The notes under the pieces are model-generated. The model saw only the letters and a program-made list of their open reading frames with translations, had not been told where the DNA came from and did not search any database. From positions 17,763 to 81,762 of the forward strand of contig CAZSFD010000011.1 of NCBI GenBank assembly GCA_964606085.1: a stretch of DNA of 64,000 bases, written 5' to 3'. Positions within the stretch are counted from its first letter, which is position 1. Every line of letters starts with the position of its first letter. Source of the stretch: an uncultured Anaerolineaceae bacterium. GTDB lineage: Bacteria > Chloroflexota > Anaerolineae > Anaerolineales > UBA4823. Positions 41,710 through 49,712 of this stretch are shown here, in pieces. The position numbers were made by a program, and so were the translations under genes.

Positions 41710-41751
41710 ATGGATGCCACAGGCTTTTTTGCAAAAACCTGTGGCATCCAT
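41710..41751 (-). terminator. 14-bp perfect hairpin plus U-tract directly after the collagen-like cytochrome gene
   Basis: The mRNA sense reads ATGGATGCCACAGG TTTTTGCAAAAAAG CCTGTGGCATCCAT TTTGGTT, beginning 8 nt after stop 41760. Confidence 0.6.
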
Positions 41752-41759
41752 AATTCCTG

Positions 41760-42989
41760 TTATGGTTCTGGGGTTGGCTCGACCGGTTCGGGCGTGGGCG
41801 GCGTGTGGAAGCCGCTGGCCTCGGCGATCATCTCTTCGTCGGTGAAGTCGAAGCCGCCGGTGTGACAACTGCGGCAGGCAAAGTTCAGGCCGATTTGCGC
41901 GCCGCCGTTCTCGCTAAATTGTTCGATTTGGGTGGGGTTGATGGCAACCTGGTGGGTGCGCACGTCGCCGGTGAAGAGGGCGGCATTGCTCCAGGCGCTC
42001 TGGATGGCATAGGGCATGTGGCAGCTTTCGCAGGCCACATTCTTCATACTTTTGCGATATTGCGCCTCGCGCCAGTGACAATCGGCGCAGGCCGTGCGGG
42101 TGGCCGGCTGGCTGGCCTGGCGCAACTGCTCCACCCCGGCGTGCGGGTCGTGGCAGACCACACAGTCTATGACAGTGTGCTTGCCGGGAAAGAGATCACC
42201 GTAGGTATCCTGATGCTGAATGAAACCGTCGGCGATTTCGATCTCGCTGGAGCGGTGACATTGGTCGCACAGGGCGCTGCTGCGGTCAATGGTGGGATGC
42301 ACCATGGTCGGCGCGGCGACGTGCAGGCTGCCCGGCCCGTGGCAGGCTTCGCATTGCACGCCTGCCTCGGCCCAGGTTCCGGTCACGCCAGGCAGGGCGG
42401 CCGGGTTGTTGCTGCTCGGCCAGGTGGTGTAGCCGGTGGCATGGCAACTGCCGCAGGTGTTCGAGAGATTCTCCTCGCCGCTATGAAAGGCTACCCAGCC
42501 AGCCTGCGCTTTGACTTTGGAATTGGCGTAGTTGTATTGGCTGTCACCCGCGGTGATGATGTAGCCATCGGCGTTGGTGAAGACGGCTTTCCATTTGTAG
42601 CCGCCGATCACGTAGCTGATGTTTTCCCAGGTGCTTCCGGCGGGCGGCTCGGTCAACTGCGTGAAGGGATAAGCCGGGGCCTGGCCGCCTTCTACCTTGA
42701 CCATATTCCAGGCATGGCCCGATTTCATAAACATATCATACGTTTCTTGGTGGCATCCGGCGCAGGTTTGCGACCCCACGTATGTTGCGCCAACCGGGCC
42801 GGGTGGGCCAGCTTCGCCGGGCGCGCCGGCTGGCCCGGCGGGTCCTTCTTTGCCCTCTGGCCCTTGTGGGCCTTCCGGCCCAGCGGGTCCGGAAGGCCCC
42901 ATTGGTCCCACAGGACCGGTCTCACCGGCGCAGGCGGCCAGCAGCAGCGCCGTAAGGATGAGCAGGATACCAAATAAGATTCTTTTCAT
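41760..42989 (-). CDS. Lipoprotein octaheme c-type cytochrome with N-terminal collagen-like (Gly-X-Y)16 stalk
   Basis: SD GAGGAG fits ATG 42989 ([20 protein letters not shown]; an alternative ATG is at 42995). The lipobox is LLAAC, followed by 16 uninterrupted G-X-Y. There are 8 CXXCH (CAGCH CGSCH CEACH CDQCH CVVCH CADCH CESCH CRSCH). The tail is [14 protein letters not shown]. Confidence 0.9.
   Translation of the reverse strand: MKRILFGILLILTALLLAACAGETGPVGPMGPSGPAGPEGPQGPEGKEGPAGPAGAPGEAGPPGPVGATYVGSQTCAGCHQETYDMFMKSGHAWNMVKVEGGQAPAYPFTQLTEPPAGSTWENISYVIGGYKWKAVFTNADGYIITAGDSQYNYANSKVKAQAGWVAFHSGEENLSNTCGSCHATGYTTWPSSNNPAALPGVTGTWAEAGVQCEACHGPGSLHVAAPTMVHPTIDRSSALCDQCHRSSEIEIADGFIQHQDTYGDLFPGKHTVIDCVVCHDPHAGVEQLRQASQPATRTACADCHWREAQYRKSMKNVACESCHMPYAIQSAWSNAALFTGDVRTHQVAINPTQIEQFSENGGAQIGLNFACRSCHTGGFDFTDEEMIAEASGFHTPPTPEPVEPTPEP
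42783..42926 (-). repeat. Collagen-like triple-helix repeat coding region (16 x Gly-X-Y)
   Basis: [48 protein letters not shown], read directly from the reverse strand. Confidence 0.9.
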
Positions 42990-43019
42990 GGGCATTCTCC
43001 TCGCACTCGTTGTGAGCGT

Positions 43020-43028
43020 ATTATAGCA
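43020..43028 (-). promoter_or_regulatory. Possible extended -10 promoter (TGCTATAAT) for the collagen-like cytochrome gene
   Basis: Minus-strand TGCTATAAT lies ~25-30 nt upstream of the start codons. No good -35. Confidence 0.3.
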
Positions 43029-43117
43029 AAGATTAAAAGAAGATTAGGACGTTTCTCCTATCTGGAATATGGTGAATCTCCCATAACGCGGCCTCCAGCC
43101 GCAACCAAAGATTTCAC

Positions 43118-43172
43118 CGCGAAGGGCGCGAAGAACGCGAAGAATGCAAAGGTTTTCTTCGCGCCCTTCGCG
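43118..43172. repeat. 18-bp perfect inverted repeat built from CGCGAAG words in the divergent intergenic region
   Basis: CGCGAAGGGCGCGAAGAA (19-nt loop) TTCTTCGCGCCCTTCGCG. Extra CTTCGCGGT copies lie at 43174-43182 and 43191-43199. Confidence 0.8.
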
Positions 43173-43298
43173 GCTTCGCGGTTCAAATATCTTCGCGGTC
43201 ATGATAGTTTTTCAAGGGCAATTCTATACGGAATCGTTGGGTTAAGATTAACGTGCATTCCAGTTGATCAAAACCGTCTCATGGCGTAAACTATATCC

Positions 43299-44531
43299 AT
43301 GACCCCCGGTGAACTGCTCCGAAGTATACGTCCCCAATGGCTTGAACGGGTTTCCGGCCACCTGGCGCGGGCTGACCGCGTGCGCGAGACCTTTCGCCAG
43401 CAATTAGCCATCTTTTTCGATGCCCTCGTCCGTTCGGTCGAGACGGGCGACCCGGCGTTGCTGACCCCGGCCATGCAAGGCTGGGGCGAAGACCGCACGC
43501 AAAGCGAACTGGAAAACCCGCGCAGCAGCCTGCCCATCGTCATCAACCAGATTTTGGTGGCCACCTTCAACCTGCTGCGCGAAGAATTGGCCGATGGCGA
43601 CGCCATGCAGGTCATCGCGGCAATCCTGCCGGTCTATAGTTATGCCCTCGAACAATCCTCCATTGCTGAGACACAGATGCACGTGCGCCATGTCGCCCAG
43701 GAATTGGATCAGGTGCGGGCGATGTTGGAACGCCTCGAAAAGAGCAAATCTGATTTCATTGCCGTTGCCGCCCATGAGTTGAAAACCCCACTGACCTTGA
43801 TCGAGGGCTATGCTTCGATGCTGCAAGAGAATCCACCGGAGAGCGATCCGATGGCAGGCATGTACCTGAAAGGGATCAACAGCGGCACGCGCCGTTTGCG
43901 CGAAATCGTAGACGATATGATTGATGTCTCGATGATTGACAACGATCTGCTCTCGTTGAGTTTTCAGCCGGTGTGGGTCAACCGCCTGATGGATACGGTG
44001 CGCCGCGAAGTCGCTGACAGTGTCAAAGAGCGGCAGCAAACCCTCAAGTATCGTCAGTTCCACGGTATAGACGAAATGACGTATGGCGACGGCGAGCGTT
44101 TGCTGCAAGCGTTCCGCAATGTGATTACCAACGCCATCAAATACACCCCCGATGGCGGCACAATCAGCGTGGATGGCCGGATGCTGCCCGGTTTCATCGA
44201 GATTATCGTCACCGACACCGGCATTGGCATTGATCCCGAACATCACGCCGTCATTTTCGAGAAATTCGGCCGCCTGGGTGATGTGCTGACGCATTCCAGC
44301 GGCAAAACCAAGTTCAAAGGCGGCGGCCCGGGGCTGGGGCTGCCGATCACCAAGGGGATCATCGAAGCGCACGGCGGCACAATTTGGGTCGAGTCGCCGG
44401 GATATGACGAAAAACGCTGCCCGGGTTCCACTTTTCACATCTTGTTGCCGATGCGTAAATCGGCCCCCGACGATAAAACCGATAAGCTGTTCAACCCCAC
44501 CATAGACGCCAAAAAAACCGGGCGTTTCTGA
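43299..44531 (+). CDS. Cytoplasmic sensor histidine kinase (HisKA + HATPase_c), no TM segments
   Basis: H-box FIAVAAHELKTPLTLIEGY, N-box NAIKYTP, DTGIGI and GGGPGLGLPI. The ~130 aa N-terminal domain is unassigned. Confidence 0.9.
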   Translation: MTPGELLRSIRPQWLERVSGHLARADRVRETFRQQLAIFFDALVRSVETGDPALLTPAMQGWGEDRTQSELENPRSSLPIVINQILVATFNLLREELADGDAMQVIAAILPVYSYALEQSSIAETQMHVRHVAQELDQVRAMLERLEKSKSDFIAVAAHELKTPLTLIEGYASMLQENPPESDPMAGMYLKGINSGTRRLREIVDDMIDVSMIDNDLLSLSFQPVWVNRLMDTVRREVADSVKERQQTLKYRQFHGIDEMTYGDGERLLQAFRNVITNAIKYTPDGGTISVDGRMLPGFIEIIVTDTGIGIDPEHHAVIFEKFGRLGDVLTHSSGKTKFKGGGPGLGLPITKGIIEAHGGTIWVESPGYDEKRCPGSTFHILLPMRKSAPDDKTDKLFNPTIDAKKTGRF

Positions 44532-44540
44532 ACCGATTGT

Positions 44541-45860
44541 ATGACCAAACATTCTCTCGAATCAACCGTCCTGCCTGCCGAGCGTGCCTTCGTTGTGGGC
44601 GTTGAACTGCGCGGGCGGGAGGGTTTGCTCTCCCTGGATGATTCCCTGGCCGAACTCGCCCTGCTGGCTGATACGGCTGGCCTGGAAGTGGTCGGCCAGA
44701 CCTACCAACGCCTCGAAACGCCGCATTCGCAAACCTTCATCGGCCCTGGCAAGGTGGAAGAAGTACGCGCCCTGGCCGACGAGTTTCAGGCTGACGTGAT
44801 CCTTTTCGACGATGAACTGCTGCCGCGTCATCAGCGCGAACTCGAAGCCATCTTTGGCGAAAAGCTGCGCGTCCTCGACCGCACCGCCCTCATCCTCGAC
44901 ATCTTCGCCCAGCACGCTCACACCAGCGAAGGCGCCTTGCAGGTGGAACTGGCGCAATACGAATACCGCCTGCCCCGCCTGACACGCGCCTGGACGCACC
45001 TGGCCCGCCAGGCCGGCGGCGGCGGTGGGCGCACCGGCAGCGTGGGCGGCGTGGGGCTGCGCGGCCCCGGTGAAACCCAGTTGGAAGTTGACCGCCGCGA
45101 CATCCGGCGGCGCATCTCCCATCTCAAAGATCAGTTGGAAAAAGTGCGCACACAACGCGCCCAGCATCGGGTGCAGCGTAAACGCGCCCGGCTGCCGGTA
45201 GTGGCGCTGGTGGGCTACACCAACGCCGGCAAATCTACCCTGCTCAACCACCTGACCCATGCCGAAGTGTATGTGGCCGATCAACTCTTCGCCACGCTCG
45301 ACCCCACCACCCGCCGTGTGGAACTGCCCGGCGGCAATGTGGCCCTCTTTACCGATACCGTGGGCTTCATCCAAAAGCTGCCCACCTCGCTCGTGGCCGC
45401 CTTCCGCGCCACCCTCGAAGAGATTGCCGAAGCCGACCTGCTCTTGCATGTGGTAGACATCACCCACCCCAACGCCCAGCAGCAAGCCGAGGCCGTCTAT
45501 CAAACCCTGCGCGACATCGAAGCCGATCAAATCCCTGCCATAACGGTGCTCAACAAAATTGACCGCCTGACCGACCCCGCCGCGGCCCAACAGGCTGCCG
45601 CGGTTTTCCCCAACTCGCTGGCGGTTTCGGCGCTCAAGGGCCTGGGCATTGGCGAGATGCTGCAAAAGGTCAATCAACGCCTGTACGAAGCGCAATCGCT
45701 GATCACCGTGCGCCTGCCGTATGCCGAGGGCGGCCTGGTGTCGCTCTTCCACGAGCAGGGCCAGGTGACACGCATCGAACACGGCGAGGGGGGTGTCACC
45801 ATCCAGGGGCGTTTGCCGGGGCGCTTGCTGGCCGCCTTTCGGGCTTATCTTGTGAAGTGA
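44541..45860 (+). CDS. hflX: GTPase HflX
   Basis: The HflX N-terminal domain is followed by G1 GYTNAGKST, DTVGF and NKID. Confidence 0.9.
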   Translation: MTKHSLESTVLPAERAFVVGVELRGREGLLSLDDSLAELALLADTAGLEVVGQTYQRLETPHSQTFIGPGKVEEVRALADEFQADVILFDDELLPRHQRELEAIFGEKLRVLDRTALILDIFAQHAHTSEGALQVELAQYEYRLPRLTRAWTHLARQAGGGGGRTGSVGGVGLRGPGETQLEVDRRDIRRRISHLKDQLEKVRTQRAQHRVQRKRARLPVVALVGYTNAGKSTLLNHLTHAEVYVADQLFATLDPTTRRVELPGGNVALFTDTVGFIQKLPTSLVAAFRATLEEIAEADLLLHVVDITHPNAQQQAEAVYQTLRDIEADQIPAITVLNKIDRLTDPAAAQQAAAVFPNSLAVSALKGLGIGEMLQKVNQRLYEAQSLITVRLPYAEGGLVSLFHEQGQVTRIEHGEGGVTIQGRLPGRLLAAFRAYLVK

Positions 45861-45867
45861 GGAAACC

Positions 45868-46080
45868 ATGCTGCAAAAATTCAACAAATGGCTCGATGTA
45901 CTCTCGAACTACTTCGCTCACCGCAAGGGCCTGCTGCCGCTGATTGGCCTGGGGCTGATCCTGTTCAACTGGTTTTTGCAGCTTTTCCCGTTTTTGGGGT
46001 GGATTGTAGATAGTCAGAGCTTTCTGCACCTGGGGTTGATCGTCACGATCATCGGTTTTATGCTGGCCTGGGTGCTTTAG
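45868..46080 (+). CDS. Small membrane protein (70 aa)
   Basis: SD GAGGAA upstream and two hydrophobic helices (LLPLIGLGLILFNWFLQLF, LGLIVTIIGFMLAWVL). Confidence 0.55.
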   Translation: MLQKFNKWLDVLSNYFAHRKGLLPLIGLGLILFNWFLQLFPFLGWIVDSQSFLHLGLIVTIIGFMLAWVL

Positions 46081-46365
46081 GGGTAAGCACCTCACGAGAA
46101 TGTCTGACAAAAATGTTGACCAAAAGGGCGTAAAGGGTGGGGATATAACAAAGTTGATAGGTGAATCCCTATCATTTCTTGCTAAAATTTTGTCAATTAT
46201 AGGTGTTTTCAGGCTTCGATAATAGTAAACCTGCTGCGAAGCAGGGGCGAAAAGCCTAGGGTCTTGTGTGTGACACAAGACAGCCGGGTTACCGAAAAGC
46301 CTCGCCGTTGGCCTTTTTTCTCATCTTCAGGCCAAGCGGGGCTTTTTCGTTTTCTGTGAGGCATT

Positions 46366-49300
46366 ATGTTCAAAAAAATCTTCTTTCTACTGCTTTCATT
46401 GCCTTTGGTCGTCGGGTTGATCATGCCACCCCAGGTTGGCCTGGCCGCTGAAGCGCGGCAGCAGGGCCAGCCGCCCGCCGACGATCTCAAGCGCGCCGAC
46501 GCTGAAGCGCTCACCTTGCTGCCGCAGCCCGAGCCGCCCGCCGGCGGCGCTGAACCTTTGCTGGCGAAGGCGGCCCAAAATGGCAGCCTGCGCGTCATCG
46601 TGGGCCTGAAAACGGATCAACCGGGCCGGCCCTCGGTGGCCGCTAACCATGCCGCGCAAGAGCGCCTGCTGGCCGCCATGACTGACTATGCCTTGAAGCC
46701 CTACGTGGTGTACGATTTCATCCCCTTCCTGGCGCTGGAAGTTAACGCCGACACCTTGAAGGCCCTCATGGATCATCCCCTCGTCGCCAGCATCGAAGAA
46801 GATATCCCCGTGCCAGCCGATTTGGCAAGCAGTGTGCCGAGTATTGGCGCACCGGCGGTGTGGGATGCCGGGAATACCGGCGAAAATTGGGCCGTGGCCG
46901 TGCTGGATACCGGCGTGCAGTGGGATCACGAGTTTTTGGGCGGCAGCGCGAACAGCCGTGTCATTGCCGAAGCGTGTTATTCGCACGACCAGGGCAGCCA
47001 GCAAGACCCGCTTTGCCCCAACGGCACCACGCTGCAAGAGACCGGCCACGCTGCCAATCCGACAGTGGGCCGCTGTATCAATGGAACAACCAACCTGTGT
47101 ACGCATGGGACGCATGTCGCCGGCATCGCCGCCGGGGCGGGCGCTTCGTTTTCGGGCGTCGCGCCGGGCGCCAATATCATCGCTATTCAGGTGTTCACCC
47201 GCTTTAATCGTTGGCAAGATTGTGGCATTGGCAATGCGCCTTGCATCATGTCGTACACGACCGACCAAATTTTGGGCTTGCAGCGTGTCTTGGCGTTGAG
47301 CGCCACCTATGACATCGCCGCGGTCAATATGAGCCTGGGCGGCGGGCGTTATTACGACCAGGCCACCTGCGATAACAGCGATCCTGCGCTGCGCGCTGCC
47401 GTGCAAGCACTCTATACCGCCGGGATTGTGACGGTCAGTTCGGCCGGCAACAGTGGCTACACCGACAGCATGGGCGCTCCCGGCTGCATTTCCGAGGTCG
47501 TCGGCGTGGGCGCTACCACCGATGGTTACTCGGTGGCGAGTTTTTCCAACAGCAGCAGCATGGTAGATTTGCTGGCCCCCGGCACCAGCATCACTTCAGC
47601 GGTGCCGCCGACCAACGCCTATGCCACATACCAGGGCACTTCCATGTCCACCGCACACGTCAGCGGGGCGTGGGCGCTGCTCAAAAGCGTCGCTCCCACG
47701 GCTACGATCACCCAGGTATTAGCCACCTTGCAATCTACCGGCATCCCCGTCACCGATGCGCGCAATGGGCTGACGCGTTCGCGCGTGCAGCTCGATGTGG
47801 CCGCGGCCGCCTTGCTGCCGCCCAACACCTGGCAAGGCGGCGTCTCCACTTCCTGGAATGATATAAGCAACTGGAGCGCCGGGCGGCTTCCGGGCCGCGC
47901 CGACAGCATCACCATCCCCGCCAGCCCCGTTGGCGGGCGCTTCCCGGTGATTGATGCGCCCGGCGCGACGGTCAATGACCTGACCATTGCCTCCGGCGCG
48001 ACGGTCAGCATGTCGGCCAACATGCTGACCGTGTATGGCGATTGGTGGGTGCAGGGCACGGGTGCGTTCAACGCCACCGGCGGCAGTGTCATTTTTGCAG
48101 GCAGTAACAGCCACGCCATCACGCAAACCGCCAATACAGACGATCACTTCTATCATCTGCAAATTGGCACAGGCGCCGACCGCCCCCAGGTGGTGCTGCA
48201 CAGCAACCTGGATGTAGATGGCGATCTGAGCATTCTGCCGGGTGGGCAGCTTGCGCCGGGCGCGTATTCGCTCGAACTCGCCGGAGATTGGCTCGATCAC
48301 GCCGCCTCGTTCTTGCCCGCCGCCAGCACGATGATCTTGAATGGCGGCAGCCAGGTGGTTTCCTCCACGGCGCAAATGGTCTTGCTCGACGAAGATTTTT
48401 CCGCTTTCGACAGCACGCCCACTGGCACATGGTACTTCGCCGGGCCAGACGGCTGGAGCGTTTCGCAGGACATCAACCCCTCCACCAGCCTGCCGTGGCT
48501 GTTTGGCCGAACGACCAACGCCCCCAACACGCCCGACCAGGGCGGCCACGTCAGGCATGTCTGGAGTAATTCTTATACCGGCGATTTCGACACCTGGCTC
48601 TTCACCCCCGGCCTGACCCTGCACAGCAACGGCACTTACCGCCTCGAATTTGACTATGGGGCGCGTTCCGCCTCGTATCCCGAAAGCCTGGTCGTGCGTT
48701 ATGGCAGTGGGCAAAGTTCCGGGCAGATGAGCGGCGATCTCTACCAAAACCTGAACATCGTCAACACGGCATGGAATACGGCAGTCGTCACGTTCACCGT
48801 TCCTGCCGATGGGCAATACTACCTCGGCTTCCGCACCGAGGGACCAGAAGCCACTACCTGGGAAATTGCCCTGGACAATATCAAAGTCACGCAGTGGGTA
48901 GATACCACCTTCGACGGCCTGACGGTTCTCAGCCATTCGGCGGGCGCAACGCTGGCTGCCGACCTGTTGGTGCGCGGCAACCTGGCCGTCAACGCCGCGG
49001 CCACGCTCAACCTGGCCGGCCACACCCTGCGGGTCAACGGTTCACTCGCCAACAATGGCACGCTGATTCAAAGCCTGCCGGCCCCCGCTGGCACAACCAC
49101 CGAATTTCTCCATATCCAGAGCGAGGCAGGCGTTGATCGCTATCACGGCGTAGACATCACCCCCGCCGCTGACATGGGCCAGACGGTCGTTGCCATTCGC
49201 GGCAACCAGACCTCCGGCTGCACCACCAACCCTGCCGATGCGCTGATGTTCCGCTGCTTCGAGATCACGCCCGCCAGCCCGCAAGCGGCCACGCTGCGCC

Positions 49301-49644
49301 TGTGGTACACCGAGGCCGAACGCAACGGTCAGCTTGCCAACGACCTGGCGCTGTGGCATTTTGACGGGCCAGGAAGCTGGAGCCGCGCCGGCAGCGCGTA
49401 TACCTATTCTGAGACAGGCACCGGGTGCGTTTCGGGCGGCGGCGCGGCGTGTTGGCTGCAGGCCAGCAACGTCAGCGCTTATTCACCTTTTGGCGTGGGC
49501 AATGACCTGCCCGATGCGCCGACGGCCATCCAATTGACGGCCTTTTCGGCCAGCGCCGCGCCGGCGGGCCTGCCGTGGGGGTGGGCGGGCGTACTGCTGC
49601 TTGCTGCGCTGATCCTGATCGGGCTTTATCGTTCCAGGGCTTAA
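46366..49644 (+). CDS. Secreted S8 (subtilisin-family) serine peptidase with large C-terminal extension and C-terminal TM anchor
   Basis: Signal peptide, propeptide-like region, and catalytic triad motifs AVLDTGV, HGTHVAG and GTSMSTAHVSG. About 600 aa is unassigned. It ends GWAGVLLLAALILIGLYRSRA. Confidence 0.9.
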   Translation: MFKKIFFLLLSLPLVVGLIMPPQVGLAAEARQQGQPPADDLKRADAEALTLLPQPEPPAGGAEPLLAKAAQNGSLRVIVGLKTDQPGRPSVAANHAAQERLLAAMTDYALKPYVVYDFIPFLALEVNADTLKALMDHPLVASIEEDIPVPADLASSVPSIGAPAVWDAGNTGENWAVAVLDTGVQWDHEFLGGSANSRVIAEACYSHDQGSQQDPLCPNGTTLQETGHAANPTVGRCINGTTNLCTHGTHVAGIAAGAGASFSGVAPGANIIAIQVFTRFNRWQDCGIGNAPCIMSYTTDQILGLQRVLALSATYDIAAVNMSLGGGRYYDQATCDNSDPALRAAVQALYTAGIVTVSSAGNSGYTDSMGAPGCISEVVGVGATTDGYSVASFSNSSSMVDLLAPGTSITSAVPPTNAYATYQGTSMSTAHVSGAWALLKSVAPTATITQVLATLQSTGIPVTDARNGLTRSRVQLDVAAAALLPPNTWQGGVSTSWNDISNWSAGRLPGRADSITIPASPVGGRFPVIDAPGATVNDLTIASGATVSMSANMLTVYGDWWVQGTGAFNATGGSVIFAGSNSHAITQTANTDDHFYHLQIGTGADRPQVVLHSNLDVDGDLSILPGGQLAPGAYSLELAGDWLDHAASFLPAASTMILNGGSQVVSSTAQMVLLDEDFSAFDSTPTGTWYFAGPDGWSVSQDINPSTSLPWLFGRTTNAPNTPDQGGHVRHVWSNSYTGDFDTWLFTPGLTLHSNGTYRLEFDYGARSASYPESLVVRYGSGQSSGQMSGDLYQNLNIVNTAWNTAVVTFTVPADGQYYLGFRTEGPEATTWEIALDNIKVTQWVDTTFDGLTVLSHSAGATLAADLLVRGNLAVNAAATLNLAGHTLRVNGSLANNGTLIQSLPAPAGTTTEFLHIQSEAGVDRYHGVDITPAADMGQTVVAIRGNQTSGCTTNPADALMFRCFEITPASPQAATLRLWYTEAERNGQLANDLALWHFDGPGSWSRAGSAYTYSETGTGCVSGGGAACWLQASNVSAYSPFGVGNDLPDAPTAIQLTAFSASAAPAGLPWGWAGVLLLAALILIGLYRSRA

Positions 49645-49647
49645 CCC

Positions 49648-49694
49648 AAAAGCCCGGTGAAGAAGACAAAACCTGCCTTCTTCACCGGGCTTTT
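49648..49694. terminator. Bidirectional intrinsic terminator between convergent genes
   Basis: AAAAGCCCGGTGAAGAAG (11-nt loop) CTTCTTCACCGGGCTTTT TT. A/T tracts lie on both sides. Confidence 0.8.
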
Positions 49695-49712
49695 TTGATT
49701 GATGCGGGCCGC

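Noticed and set aside
35050-42977. Long plus-strand ORFs inside the cytochrome cluster (35050-36189, 38453-39607, 39811-40602, 41805-42977).
   Set aside because: All are antisense to genes whose frames contain CXXCH, Fe-S or NrfD motifs and coupled start/stop overlaps. Their translations are G/R/A/V-rich.
43404-45887. 382-aa and 441-aa minus-strand ORFs (43404-44552, 44562-45887).
   Set aside because: They are antisense to the clearly motif-bearing histidine kinase and HflX genes, with low-complexity R/G/A/Q composition.
47719-49023. 434-aa minus-strand ORF, plus 46396-47406 (-).
   Set aside because: They are antisense to the S8 peptidase gene, which has catalytic triad motifs in frame.
49540-49644. 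C-terminus of the S8 peptidase as a sortase sorting signal for the sortase at 22049-23746.
   Set aside because: It has a hydrophobic helix plus a basic tail, but no LPXTG/LAXTG-like motif precedes it (the sequence reads AGLPWGWAG).
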